Shown here: positions 45,282 through 54,459 of the stretch, in pieces
Numbering within the stretch: the stretch's first letter is position 1
How the letters are laid out: every line of letters begins with the position of its first letter
DNA from: Candidatus Aenigmatarchaeota archaeon
GTDB taxonomy: Archaea; Aenigmatarchaeota; Aenigmatarchaeia; JACPZZ01
Direction: 5' to 3'
Assembly: GCA_016180965.1 (NCBI GenBank)
Contig: JACPAF010000001.1
Location: 223,513-287,512, forward strand
Length of the DNA: 64,000 bases
Notes under the pieces: generated by a model
What the model was told of the DNA's origin: nothing
The model's input: only the letters and a program-made list of their open reading frames with translations
The model's database searches: none
Program-made: the position numbers and the translations under genes

Positions 45282-46088
45282 ATGGCGATACCGGCGGCAA
45301 AAAAGAAATTCGACGACACGGTACGCGCGCCGTCGCTAAACTCCATACTCATTTTCAGCGTAATTGCCATAACATTCTTTTCCACTTTCCTTGTCTCAAA
45401 ATTGGACAACACAAGGGTTGACGATGCCCTTTATTGGACGCTGTGTTCGATAACAAGCGCCAACTGTTTTGTCAGCCAGCAATTTTATTACCTTCCGGTC
45501 GTCAGGATATTTTCAGTTATAAATGGGATTGCGTTTATAGTTATTATATCGTTTTTGTCTGCCAATATTGTGGACAGGCTTGGACGAGTGGACCTGAGGG
45601 GAAACAGTTTGAGAAAAAAACTTGAAGATTTGAAAGACCATTTTATTATCTGCGGTTATGGGAGGGTGGGCGAAAAGATATCCAGCGTTATGAGATCGCA
45701 CGGCATTTCTTTTGTAATAGTCGATAAGGATCCTGAAACTATCAAGGAATTGAACGAGTTAGGAGGATTGACGGTCGAAGGCAACGCACTCGATCCGCGC
45801 GTCCTGGAGCGGGCGGGCATAAAACGTGCTCGCGGCCTGATAGCGGTTTTGAACACGGATTCCGATAATATTTCTCTGGTATTGACGGCCAACGATATTA
45901 ATCCTAACATACTCATCGGCGCGCGCGCCGATTCTGAGGCTGCGATTAGAAGATTGCATCGCGCAGGCGCGGAAATTGTTGTTTTGCCCGAGATAGTTGG
46001 CGGTTTGCAGTTGGCCAAGGAGGTTCTTGAACTGGAGGAAGTTGAAGAACATGACCTGGTTAGCAGGAAAAAATTCAAGCAGGAATGA
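45282..46088 (+). CDS. 2-TM pore-like domain fused to an RCK/TrkA-N NAD-binding domain (MthK-like channel architecture, degenerate selectivity filter)
   Basis: HFIICGYGRVGEKIS Rossmann motif. N-terminal two TM helices with ALYWTLCSITSANCF where potassium channels have TVGYGD. Confidence 0.55.
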   Translation: MAIPAAKKKFDDTVRAPSLNSILIFSVIAITFFSTFLVSKLDNTRVDDALYWTLCSITSANCFVSQQFYYLPVVRIFSVINGIAFIVIISFLSANIVDRLGRVDLRGNSLRKKLEDLKDHFIICGYGRVGEKISSVMRSHGISFVIVDKDPETIKELNELGGLTVEGNALDPRVLERAGIKRARGLIAVLNTDSDNISLVLTANDINPNILIGARADSEAAIRRLHRAGAEIVVLPEIVGGLQLAKEVLELEEVEEHDLVSRKKFKQE

Positions 46089-46116
46089 ACCGATTTTTGT
46101 TTCTGTGTGATTAGCC

Positions 46117-46287
46117 ATGGAAAAAATTTCATTGTGCCAAAGTTGTTCGGGCGTTGCGAAATTAAAAAACTGCAATAGTTGTTACGCCACGGTCTGCGAT
46201 AATTGCGCGTACACTCTTGGATGTAAATTATGCATGGGCGGGCGACGCATGCGAACATCGGATAAAAATTCGTTGGGTTTTTCCTAG
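46117..46287 (+). CDS. small Cys-rich (10 Cys) zinc-finger-like ORF, 56 aa, not in the ORF track
   Basis: MEKISLCQSCSGVAKLKNCNSCYATVCDNCAYTLGCKLCMGGRRMRTSDKNSLGFS with five CxxC pairs. Confidence 0.3.
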   Translation: MEKISLCQSCSGVAKLKNCNSCYATVCDNCAYTLGCKLCMGGRRMRTSDKNSLGFS

Positions 46288-46291
46288 ACAA

Positions 46292-46338
46292 CGAAAATCC
46301 AACCGATTTTCGTGGGTAGAAAACCTCGGTTTTCTACC
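46292..46338 (+). terminator. two adjacent hairpins between convergent genes: CGAAAATC-caacc-GATTTTCG and GGTAGAAAACC-tc-GGTTTTCTACC
   Basis: Perfect 8 bp and 11 bp stems. The second overlaps the EF-1beta stop codon. Confidence 0.45.
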
Positions 46339-46591
46339 ATAAAGTCCTGTTGACTTCGGTTATTTCGGCTTCTGCGACGCCAACTATGTTTTTTACGGAT
46401 TTTTCAAGCTCTTCCGTCCCGCCTTCCGCATCCGGAACTACGAAGTAGGATATTAAAACGTTCAATCCGAATGCCATAGGTTCGGTAACAACCTTCTTGG
46501 AGCCGAGTTTTAACAACGCAGACTTGATCTTTTCCAGATCCGTTTCAACGCCTTCGGGCATTACACGAAAAGTTACCATTACATTTCCCAT
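46334..46591 (-). CDS. translation elongation factor aEF-1 beta
   Basis: 85 aa. MVTFRVMPEGVETDLEKIKSAL...VVPDAEGGTEELE matches aEF-1beta. Confidence 0.8.
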   Translation of the reverse strand: MGNVMVTFRVMPEGVETDLEKIKSALLKLGSKKVVTEPMAFGLNVLISYFVVPDAEGGTEELEKSVKNIVGVAEAEITEVNRTLW

Positions 46592-46643
46592 TTGATCACC
46601 GTCTGAATCATGCCGTATGCAGCATCGGCACGATTCTAGTTAC

Positions 46644-46838
46644 TCACGGCCCCTCAAAGCCGCATTTTTTGCATTTGTAATTGTTGCTCAGGTTTTTGCA
46701 TTTTTCGCATCGCCTGATTAAATCTCCGTTGCAATTGGGGCAAAGAAATTCGACGAATGAGCCTGTATAAATCGCAGCAGACCCGCAGGCAGTGCATAAT
46801 TTTTTATCGTTGACCTCCGCTATTGTTTGCTGTTCCAT
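46644..46838 (-). CDS. Zn-ribbon protein (four CxxC pairs), conserved neighbour of aEF-1beta
   Basis: CTACGS...CPNCNG...CEKCKN...CKKCG. 64 aa. Confidence 0.6.
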   Translation of the reverse strand: MEQQTIAEVNDKKLCTACGSAAIYTGSFVEFLCPNCNGDLIRRCEKCKNLSNNYKCKKCGFEGP

Positions 46839-46907
46839 AGTATCGTATTACTTATTCGAGGCGATGTATTTAAACCTTCTTTCAAACAAGTTTCTTAGAA
46901 CGAGAAT

Positions 46908-46981
46908 GCCCCTGTGGTCCAGCTTGGATAAGACAAGAGGTTGCGGACCTCTAAACCTGGGTTCAAATCCCGGCGGGGGCA
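46908..46981 (+). tRNA. tRNA-Arg (anticodon GCG), no encoded CCA
   Basis: Acceptor stem GCCCCTG/CGGGGGC (one G-U pair), anticodon stem AGAGG/CCTCT with loop TTGCGGA (GCG at 46943-46945), T-arm CTGGG-TTCAAAT-CCCGG, discriminator A. Confidence 0.85.
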
Positions 46982-47030
46982 ATTTATTAGTAAATGCAGG
47001 CGTATTATTATTTGAGCTGGATTTGTTAAA

Positions 47031-47366
47031 ATGATTGAAATTATTGCGAGTGCGTTTTTTGGCCTGCTTATTGCGTCGTTAGGTGCATGGAAAGACACTC
47101 TTTGGGAGCCTTTTATACTGAGAAAATTTTTCAGAAGCCCGATAATTACGACGTTCTGGGGATGGGTAATTTCAAATATTTCCTTTTTCCAGGGTTCCCA
47201 TTGGCTGTTGATGGCCATGGCAGCGGTCACGATGGAGCGTCTTACGGTTGAAACGTGGAAGGCTTTGTTCCGCAAGATGCCTGGAAAATTCAAGAGGAAA
47301 AAAATTAGGGACACTTTGTGGCTTCCTGAAAGAATTAACCAGATAAAAAAATCCTTCTCCAGATAA
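47031..47366 (+). CDS. hypothetical small membrane protein
   Basis: 111 aa, two TM helices, basic C-terminus. Confidence 0.35.
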   Translation: MIEIIASAFFGLLIASLGAWKDTLWEPFILRKFFRSPIITTFWGWVISNISFFQGSHWLLMAMAAVTMERLTVETWKALFRKMPGKFKRKKIRDTLWLPERINQIKKSFSR

Positions 47367-47387
47367 TTTTTATATTTTTTGTCCCGG

Positions 47388-47870
47388 TTATTTGAAAATA
47401 TTCAGCACCCACGACAGGCCGTAGAAACCGGCTATCGATATTGTTGTCATTTTGATGAAATTACCTATCAATGTTGCCACGTAAAATTTTTTCAAGTCGT
47501 ATTTGGACAACCCGCATATGATCCCTACGAGATCAAAAATGAAAGGTAAGGATGCAAATAATATTATCATAAAGAACGGGTTGTGTTTCCTGAGCACGGA
47601 GTTGATGCGGTTTGCGAGTTTTTTGTCCTTCTTTTTTATGATGTAATGGCCGCCATAGCCGGCTAGGTAACCTGTTAATTCCCCCAAAGAACTGCCCAAG
47701 GCAGCAAATAAACCTACCAGCAGGGGGTTCAATATAGAGCCGTATAGGAAGACAATAACTGCGCCGGGCAACGGCAATACTATGGTTGACGAACTTATCA
47801 GCGTCGCTGCAAATATTCCCAGATATCCCCATTGGCCCGCCAAAATATTGGACAACGAAGAGAAATCCAT
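47388..47870 (-). CDS. DedA/VTT-domain membrane protein
   Basis: GYLGIFAATLISSSTIVLPLPGAVIVFLYGS is typical of the DedA/SNARE-associated family. Confidence 0.65.
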   Translation of the reverse strand: MDFSSLSNILAGQWGYLGIFAATLISSSTIVLPLPGAVIVFLYGSILNPLLVGLFAALGSSLGELTGYLAGYGGHYIIKKKDKKLANRINSVLRKHNPFFMIILFASLPFIFDLVGIICGLSKYDLKKFYVATLIGNFIKMTTISIAGFYGLSWVLNIFK

Positions 47871-47902
47871 AATATATATTTCGATTAGTTTTTATTAATC
47901 GT

Positions 47903-48415
47903 ATGATCGATGTTATCGGGGCTTTCTGGTTGATATTGCCGGCCTATTTTGCAAACGCCAGCGCGACCCTGGCTAAAGGAAAGTTAAGGATGGATTTCTC
48001 CAAGAATTTTTTCGACGGGCAGCCTTTGTTCGGTGCGGGTAAAACTTTTGAAGGTTTTTTATTCGGTATTTCTGTGGGAACATTAATAGGACTGTTCCAG
48101 CAATTTTTACAGCAGGCGTACGGGCTTGGCTTTTCTTTTTCCGCGGGCTTCTTTTCTTCGGCGTTGATGTCTTTCGGGGCGCTTTCTGGAGATTTAGCGG
48201 GAAGCTTTATCAAGCGCCGTATGAAATTAAAACGCGGCGAGCCCGTTCTTCTGTTGGACCAGCTGGATTTTGTGTTCGGAGCCGTATTTTTCACATCATT
48301 GTTTTACACCCTCGGTTTGGACACGGTTATGCTGATAATAATAATGACACCGTTAATACACCTAACCGCCAATGTTCTCGGGTATAGGATGAAATTAAAA
48401 AGGGAGCCTTGGTAA
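47903..48415 (+). CDS. carS: CDP-archaeol synthase
   Basis: 170 aa polytopic protein, ILPAYFANASATLAKGK...GAGKTFEGFLFG, matches the CarS (DUF46) family. Confidence 0.65.
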   Translation: MIDVIGAFWLILPAYFANASATLAKGKLRMDFSKNFFDGQPLFGAGKTFEGFLFGISVGTLIGLFQQFLQQAYGLGFSFSAGFFSSALMSFGALSGDLAGSFIKRRMKLKRGEPVLLLDQLDFVFGAVFFTSLFYTLGLDTVMLIIIMTPLIHLTANVLGYRMKLKREPW

Positions 48416-48416
48416 T

Positions 48417-49037
48417 TTGTTAAAAGCAAAATATCGCACATCATTTTCTTCCGCGGAGAAATTTACGGGCGTTTTGTTTTCCAAAATTCCTATTACCCCG
48501 AACCAATGGACACTCCTTTCCCTGATTTTTGGAGGGGCGGGTTTTTTGCTGGCATCCATCTACGGAAATTTAATTGCATCATTAGTTTTGTTTTTCCTCG
48601 CTTTCTTCTTTGATTACGTGGACGGTGCAGTTGCAAGATATTCCAAATTGGAAACAAAGAAAGGGGCTTACATAGATGGAATTTCCGACAGGTTTGTGGA
48701 AGCTTTCATAATTTTTGGCCTAATGTTTTATAAAATACCGAACGTGCTGGTAGATGCAAATATATTGCTCGCTGTGCTGCTTTTTTTCAGCACAATGACG
48801 TCTTATGCCAGGTCTTACGCCGGCCATAAAGGGTTAATTACCAATGAAAAGGAATTGATGCGTATGGGTGGTTTGCTCGAACGGTTTGAGAGGGTTTTCA
48901 TACTGCTTTCATCGGTTTCAATTTCTTTCATATACGGAGCTGAAATAATATCTTATTCAATAATTTTATTGGTCTTGTTGTCTGCGATAACTGTCGCACA
49001 AAGGATTTTTTATGTTTTGAGGAGACCGGGCAGATGA
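48417..49037 (+). CDS. CDP-alcohol phosphatidyltransferase (archaetidylserine/archaetidylinositol-phosphate synthase-like)
   Basis: DYVDGAVARYSKLETKKGAYIDGISDRFVE = D-x2-DG-x2-AR...G-x3-D-x3-D signature. Confidence 0.75.
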   Translation: MLKAKYRTSFSSAEKFTGVLFSKIPITPNQWTLLSLIFGGAGFLLASIYGNLIASLVLFFLAFFFDYVDGAVARYSKLETKKGAYIDGISDRFVEAFIIFGLMFYKIPNVLVDANILLAVLLFFSTMTSYARSYAGHKGLITNEKELMRMGGLLERFERVFILLSSVSISFIYGAEIISYSIILLVLLSAITVAQRIFYVLRRPGR

Positions 49038-49372
49038 AACAAGTTATTCTGATACGAACGGACATTGGAATGTCTGCGGGGAAGAAAATTGCACAAGCCT
49101 GCCACGCGTCGGTTGGTGCGGTATTGAATGCCGACGATAAAATTGTTGCTCATTGGAATGAGACCGGGGCGAAGAAAATAGCGTTGAAGGTGGCCGGTGA
49201 GAATGCGATAAAGGATTTGCATTCAGCTGCGAAAAAAATGCGGTTACCGTGTTTTTTAGTGGCCGATGCGGGATTGACGGAATTGGAGCCCGGAACTATA
49301 ACAGCTTTGGCCATAGGCCCTGCGGACGACAATAAAATAGACAAGATTACGGGGAACATAAAACTTTTGTAG
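49034..49372 (+). CDS. pth: peptidyl-tRNA hydrolase, archaeal Pth2
   Basis: MKQVILIRTDIGMSAGKKIAQACHASVGA. 112 aa. Confidence 0.8.
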   Translation: MKQVILIRTDIGMSAGKKIAQACHASVGAVLNADDKIVAHWNETGAKKIALKVAGENAIKDLHSAAKKMRLPCFLVADAGLTELEPGTITALAIGPADDNKIDKITGNIKLL

Positions 49373-49380
49373 GTTTTTTA

Positions 49381-49791
49381 ATGAAAAGGACAACACTGGC
49401 AGTTGATGCGATAATAGAATCCGAAGGAAAAATAGTTTTGGTGAGGCGCGGTTCGCAACCATTTAAGGGTTTTTGGGCCATACCCGGCGGGCACGTGGAT
49501 TACATGGAAACAGTTGAGCATGCTGCAGTGCGAGAGGCGAAGGAAGAGACCGGGCTGGACATAAGATTAAAGTGGTTGGTGGGGGTTTATTCTGACCCTA
49601 AGAGGAATCCAGACGATGAGCATAGGGTGGCGGTTGCATTTTCCGCGGAAATTGCCGGCGGCAAATTAATGGGCGGCGACGACGCTGCAGAGGCAAAACT
49701 TTTTCCCATTGGACAATTGTCTAAAATAGAGCTGGCGTTTGACCACAATAAAATCCTGAAGGATTATTTTAAGCAGGGGCCTGTTAAGTGA
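49381..49791 (+). CDS. Nudix hydrolase
   Basis: GGHVDYMETVEHAAVREAKEETGL Nudix box. Confidence 0.75.
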   Translation: MKRTTLAVDAIIESEGKIVLVRRGSQPFKGFWAIPGGHVDYMETVEHAAVREAKEETGLDIRLKWLVGVYSDPKRNPDDEHRVAVAFSAEIAGGKLMGGDDAAEAKLFPIGQLSKIELAFDHNKILKDYFKQGPVK

Positions 49792-51215
49792 AAATAGAAA
49801 AATACGGAGCAATTGTTCCGACAGCAATGTTTTTTTATCTTTTGATCTCCGGCTACAATATAGTAAATCCACTGCCGTTGACATACGATCCGGCTTTGCA
49901 CGGGGAGATATCGGCTTACATACTTCCAAAAAATTTCATACCAGCCAATTGGCAACCTTTGTCTGATGTGGCATACACATATCCTCCGTTATTCCATTGG
50001 CTGGCTTTTCTGATTTCCTTGACAGGCGTCGAGGCTTATAGGGTTGTCATCTCAATGGGATTATTCCTGTACGCTTTGTTTCCCGTTACATTTTATCTCT
50101 ATGGTCTTTCTTTTGGAAAAAAGGAGGCAATCTGGTTTTCTTTTTTCGGGGCCGTGCAAGCCAGTTTGATAGAAGTCTTTGCCGCCGGCGAATACCCGCA
50201 ATTATTGTCGATGAATTTGTTGTTGATTGTTTTGTTTTTCCTGAATAAAAGGAGTTATGGGAATGCCGCGATTTTTTCCGGTCTGGTTTTATTGTCTCAC
50301 ACTTTTTCTACTGTTTACATGGCGGCGCTGCTGATGGTCCACTATTTAATTCATATGAAGAGAATAAAGATGCAAGATGTCATGAAGTTCGTTTTTGCAG
50401 CATTTTTGGTCTCCTTTGTATGGGTTACAAAATATTTGGAAATAGCAAACAGTGCGCTGAAAGGAAGCTGGGAAAATACTATTTGGTATTACCAAAGCGG
50501 GTTCGTGGGCCTGGATAAAATAAGCAGCATGTTTTTCAGCGTTATGCCCGGATCGCGGATGGGATTTGTTCTTCTTTTGCTATCTTTGGCAGGTTCGTTT
50601 TATTTGTATAGGCGTAAAAATTATTTCCCCTTAGCAATTTTTTTGTTTACGATTGCATTCACAATTTTCCATATTCCTGGCACACAATACAAATTTCCCG
50701 ATATGCTTGCTATCGCGGCGCCGCCCTTGGCCGCTATAGGACTAATAAGATTGTTGGAAAAAAGAAGCATTGGTAAGTTGGCCGTTTTGTCGGTCCTGTT
50801 GTTGATAGTTTTGGTAAATCCATATATGAACGCCAACAACCTTCGAAATTGTTGCGTCTCGACGGATATACCAAATGTTGACCAAGCCAACCTGGCAAAA
50901 TGGCTTCGTGTTTACGACAGCTCTAACAGTGTGTTGCTGGCAGACGGCAATTATGAGGTATGGTTTTCCCTGATAGCAAACAAATACCCGATGAACCCGA
51001 GGGTTTCTGAACTTGAAGTTTTTACCGATAATTATCGTTTGCGTTTATCGGACCGGTTAGATGTTTTGGAAGGGATTAAACAGGGAATGTTAGCCGAGAC
51101 TATTCTGGATAAGTGGGGTGTCGTCTATCTGGTTACCGGAGAGAGGTTAAATTCGACCCATCTGGAGCTGGTTAGGGAGGAAAACAGCACCAAGTTATAT
51201 AAGTATTATGCCTGA
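49788..51215 (+). CDS. polytopic membrane protein, putative GT-C-fold glycosyltransferase
   Basis: 475 aa, about 12 TM helices and a C-terminal soluble domain. Assigned by architecture only. Confidence 0.35.
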   Translation: MKIEKYGAIVPTAMFFYLLISGYNIVNPLPLTYDPALHGEISAYILPKNFIPANWQPLSDVAYTYPPLFHWLAFLISLTGVEAYRVVISMGLFLYALFPVTFYLYGLSFGKKEAIWFSFFGAVQASLIEVFAAGEYPQLLSMNLLLIVLFFLNKRSYGNAAIFSGLVLLSHTFSTVYMAALLMVHYLIHMKRIKMQDVMKFVFAAFLVSFVWVTKYLEIANSALKGSWENTIWYYQSGFVGLDKISSMFFSVMPGSRMGFVLLLLSLAGSFYLYRRKNYFPLAIFLFTIAFTIFHIPGTQYKFPDMLAIAAPPLAAIGLIRLLEKRSIGKLAVLSVLLLIVLVNPYMNANNLRNCCVSTDIPNVDQANLAKWLRVYDSSNSVLLADGNYEVWFSLIANKYPMNPRVSELEVFTDNYRLRLSDRLDVLEGIKQGMLAETILDKWGVVYLVTGERLNSTHLELVREENSTKLYKYYA

Positions 51216-51235
51216 TTAATGTTCAAGGCGATGTT

Positions 51236-51670
51236 ATGGAAGACCGCAAGAAGGAACTTGAACAGAAATATTTTTTGTACCAATTTTTGAAAGAACAGCT
51301 TGATAATATGAGCAAGCAGGCCGACGGGATGCAATCTGCGATTGTGGAAACACAGGCCGCGGTCAATGCGTTGGACGAGATCACAACAGGCCCCACGCAT
51401 GAAGCATTGATACCGCTTGGCGCAGGGACGTTTGTCCAGGGAAAGATAGAGGATGTTAACAAAGTTATGATTGCTATAGGAACCGAGATAGTTGTCAAAG
51501 AAGATAAGGATAAAGCACAAAAGTTACTTGAGCAGCGCGTTAAGGACATGGAAATCACATACACAAAATTGCTGAAGGACATGGGAAGCATAACCGCACA
51601 GATACAATCCATATTACCGGAAATTGAGAACCTTGCCGGCGAAATGAATTATTCCGACAGCAGGAAGTAA
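51236..51670 (+). CDS. pfdA: prefoldin alpha subunit
   Basis: Coiled coil, beta-hairpin (ALIPLGAGTFVQGKI), coiled coil. 144 aa. Confidence 0.75.
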   Translation: MEDRKKELEQKYFLYQFLKEQLDNMSKQADGMQSAIVETQAAVNALDEITTGPTHEALIPLGAGTFVQGKIEDVNKVMIAIGTEIVVKEDKDKAQKLLEQRVKDMEITYTKLLKDMGSITAQIQSILPEIENLAGEMNYSDSRK

Positions 51671-51692
51671 TTCTTGGCGGTTTGGTGCTAAA

Positions 51693-52883
51693 ATGTTTGG
51701 ATTTCTGAAAAAAAAGATTAAGGAATCGATAGACAATATAACTAAAGCTGTTTCTAAAAAACCCGACGAGGCCGAAAAAATAAAGGATGAATTCAGACCT
51801 GAGTACCAGGAGTTAAAAAACGATGATTTATCCGTCCCTGTTGGGGATGAAATTAACCGAGACGTTCCTAAGGAAACTTCGTCTGCGGTTGAGATTGAGA
51901 AAGCTATTCCTTTAGAAAAACCCGTTCCACAAGAAGAAATCATTGGAATTGATTCAAAACCGGCCGAAATAAAATCCGACGAAAGACCGAAGAAAGCCGG
52001 GTTCCTTGAAAATATAACTAAGAAATTCACAAAAAAAGTGACCGAGGTCAAGATACGCGAGGAGGATGTCTCTACAATCATTGACGATTTAAAAATGGGT
52101 CTGATGGAAAACGATGTCGCGCTTGATGTTGCGGAGAAAATTTGCGAAGATGTTGAAAAAAGCTTGGTCGGTAAAAGCGTAAAACGCTCCAAAGTTGGGG
52201 ATATAGCAAAAGATTCGTTGAGGAAAAGCGTTTCGGATATACTTTCCCAGAAAAAAATAAACCTGCGCGAATTTGTAACTGCTAATGATAAACCTGGTTT
52301 GCTTCTGTTTGTCGGATTTAACGGCGCCGGCAAGACTACCACATTGGCCAGGATAGGGAATTACCTGAAAGCAGGCGGAGTTAGCTGTGTTTTCGCGGCC
52401 GGCGACTCTTTCCGGGCGGCGAGCATAGAGCAATTGCAGGTGCACGGCGACAGGCTTGGTATCAAAGTTATTAAGCACAACTACGGCGCCGATTCAGCAG
52501 CGGTTATTTATGACTCAATGAAGTACGCAACAACGCATAACATTGATGTCGTTTTGGCCGACACAGCAGGCAGGACCCATGTCAATGCTAATTTAATTGA
52601 CGAATTGAAGAAAGTGTGCCGGGTGAATAATCCGTCCATGAAAATTCTTGTTTTGGACAGCTTAACAGGCAACGATATAGTCGAGCAGGCGCAGAAATTC
52701 GACGAGGCGGTAGGAATTGATGCGGTTGTTTTTACCAAGGTCGACGTTTATGAGAAGGGCGGTGCAATACTGTCTGCGACGCATACGATTAAAAAACCCA
52801 TTTTGTTCCTTGGCATCGGACAGGGTTACGAAGACATAGAGGAATTTAATGCAGACTCGATAGTTAACAGGCTGTTTAGCTAG
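51693..52883 (+). CDS. ftsY: signal recognition particle receptor FtsY
   Basis: NG domain LLLFVGFNGAGKTTTLARIG, DTAGR, TKVD motifs. Confidence 0.9.
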   Translation: MFGFLKKKIKESIDNITKAVSKKPDEAEKIKDEFRPEYQELKNDDLSVPVGDEINRDVPKETSSAVEIEKAIPLEKPVPQEEIIGIDSKPAEIKSDERPKKAGFLENITKKFTKKVTEVKIREEDVSTIIDDLKMGLMENDVALDVAEKICEDVEKSLVGKSVKRSKVGDIAKDSLRKSVSDILSQKKINLREFVTANDKPGLLLFVGFNGAGKTTTLARIGNYLKAGGVSCVFAAGDSFRAASIEQLQVHGDRLGIKVIKHNYGADSAAVIYDSMKYATTHNIDVVLADTAGRTHVNANLIDELKKVCRVNNPSMKILVLDSLTGNDIVEQAQKFDEAVGIDAVVFTKVDVYEKGGAILSATHTIKKPILFLGIGQGYEDIEEFNADSIVNRLFS

Positions 52884-53616
52884 CTTTTCTTAAATCGTTT
52901 AATACTTCAAAATTTATACCAGTTCTTTCGAGCATTTCGGGTACGCGCCCTAAGAAAGGATAATCCTTATTGTCTCTATTGAGATGGTCATGGCCTACGA
53001 TCATAACAGCTTTGTTGCGTGGCAGGTTGCGTTTGATGCGTTGTATCCATCTCTCTTCTCTTTTCTTTTGTAGGTCTTTGAAATCCTGCGAATTTGTAAA
53101 ATCCACGTTATATTTCGTAGCGTATGTGCTAAGCCATTCGTATACTCCGGAATCTTCATCAAGATAAACCGTTCTCGCACCTCCGGATTCCGCAACGTGA
53201 ATTACAGAGCCCGCAATCCCTTTGTACGATCTTCTTTCACCTTCCATATACAAGATTTCAGGTTTTATCGAGCCGACCAGAGTCTGTTCCTCTTCCATTA
53301 TTGATCTTGCATAGTTGATATCGTGGAGGCTTTTCTCTTTTATTGCAGTTACTATGGGCAATGCGTCTATAGCCGATACGAGTTGCTCCCATAATTCAGA
53401 AGTGCCCGAATCCCCGTAAAGCGTTTTGTAATAGGCGGATTTTCTAAAAAACCTTTTTGTAACCTCGTCATAATTTCTTATCCCGTCTTTCACGGAGGGC
53501 GTTTTAAATTTTCTGAAAGTCAGCAAATTGCGTTCGACTGTTTCAATGGCCAAATTTACAATAATTGAAGGGTGACTTTCCGGTACACCGTAAATTATCG
53601 GTTTGTCCATTTTCAA
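52876..53616 (-). CDS. hypothetical protein, TraB/GumN-like (tandem paralog 1)
   Basis: IIYGVPESHP..TVYLDED..VMIVGHDHLNRD..GINFEVL resembles the TraB family C-terminal VVGAGHL motif. Low certainty. Confidence 0.4.
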   Translation of the reverse strand: MKMDKPIIYGVPESHPSIIVNLAIETVERNLLTFRKFKTPSVKDGIRNYDEVTKRFFRKSAYYKTLYGDSGTSELWEQLVSAIDALPIVTAIKEKSLHDINYARSIMEEEQTLVGSIKPEILYMEGERRSYKGIAGSVIHVAESGGARTVYLDEDSGVYEWLSTYATKYNVDFTNSQDFKDLQKKREERWIQRIKRNLPRNKAVMIVGHDHLNRDNKDYPFLGRVPEMLERTGINFEVLNDLRKAS

Positions 53617-53620
53617 AACC

Positions 53621-54361
53621 TCATACGCTATACAGCTTTGGCGCAGCCCCGGTTCCTGAAACGGTCAGGTCTGCGTACATCAAAAAATTTATGCCTTTGT
53701 CTTTTAATAGGTTTGGAAAATTGCCTATGAAAACCCTTGACGGCTCTTGCACGACGCTTTCTTCGGACGGCCTGATTAAATGGTTTCTGCCTGCGATTAA
53801 CAAAGAAGTTCCGTGCGGTTTGTTTTTACCGACTCTTTTAGTCCAGTGCGCTTCACGGCCTTTTTGAACGTAAGACAAATCCGCTTTAAACCGATTTTCC
53901 TGCCATTTTTCATAAGGCGCGAAGCCTTCATCAAGATACACAACATCAGCACCCGCGTGTTTTGCAACGAGACCGATTACCGACGACGGATATTTTGAAC
54001 AGCCTTCTATGTACAATTTTTTTGGTCTAATGCCATAAACCATTTTTCGTTCTTCCAACGACGTTCTTTCGGCTTGGCTAATCCTGTCTAAAGCCCATTT
54101 AGCCAAGTTTTGATCTTTCGAAACGTTTACAACCATATCTTTCCAGAAATCCCAATATCTTTCTTCTACTCTAATATCACGCGCCATCTCGGAAAGAAAT
54201 TCTGTGTCAATGAGCCCATCAGCGGCTTCGCCTTCAAATTGTATTCCAAGGGTATTTAGTGTGCTATCTAAAACAGCAGCCGGGTGCGATTCTGCGACAC
54301 CGTGGACTATTAGACTGGTTCTAAACAGATCAGGAAATAAACCTAACATATAAACCTTCAC
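53621..54361 (-). CDS. hypothetical protein, TraB/GumN-like (tandem paralog 2)
   Basis: LIVHGVAESHP..VVYLDEG..LLIAGRNHLIR..GINFLMY. Same length (246 aa) as paralog 1. Confidence 0.4.
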   Translation of the reverse strand: MKVYMLGLFPDLFRTSLIVHGVAESHPAAVLDSTLNTLGIQFEGEAADGLIDTEFLSEMARDIRVEERYWDFWKDMVVNVSKDQNLAKWALDRISQAERTSLEERKMVYGIRPKKLYIEGCSKYPSSVIGLVAKHAGADVVYLDEGFAPYEKWQENRFKADLSYVQKGREAHWTKRVGKNKPHGTSLLIAGRNHLIRPSEESVVQEPSRVFIGNFPNLLKDKGINFLMYADLTVSGTGAAPKLYSV

Positions 54362-54459
54362 TAAGGAGTAGTAACAATAAATACCAATAAAAATCGACTA
54401 TTGACGTATTATATCTTTTGAGAGCCTGTTTATTATTGTCAAATATAATAGTGTAACTT

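Noticed and set aside
46895-47314. Minus-strand 139 aa ORF
   Set aside because: It overlaps the tRNA-Arg gene and the plus-strand 47031 ORF, and tRNA structure explains the conserved sequence.
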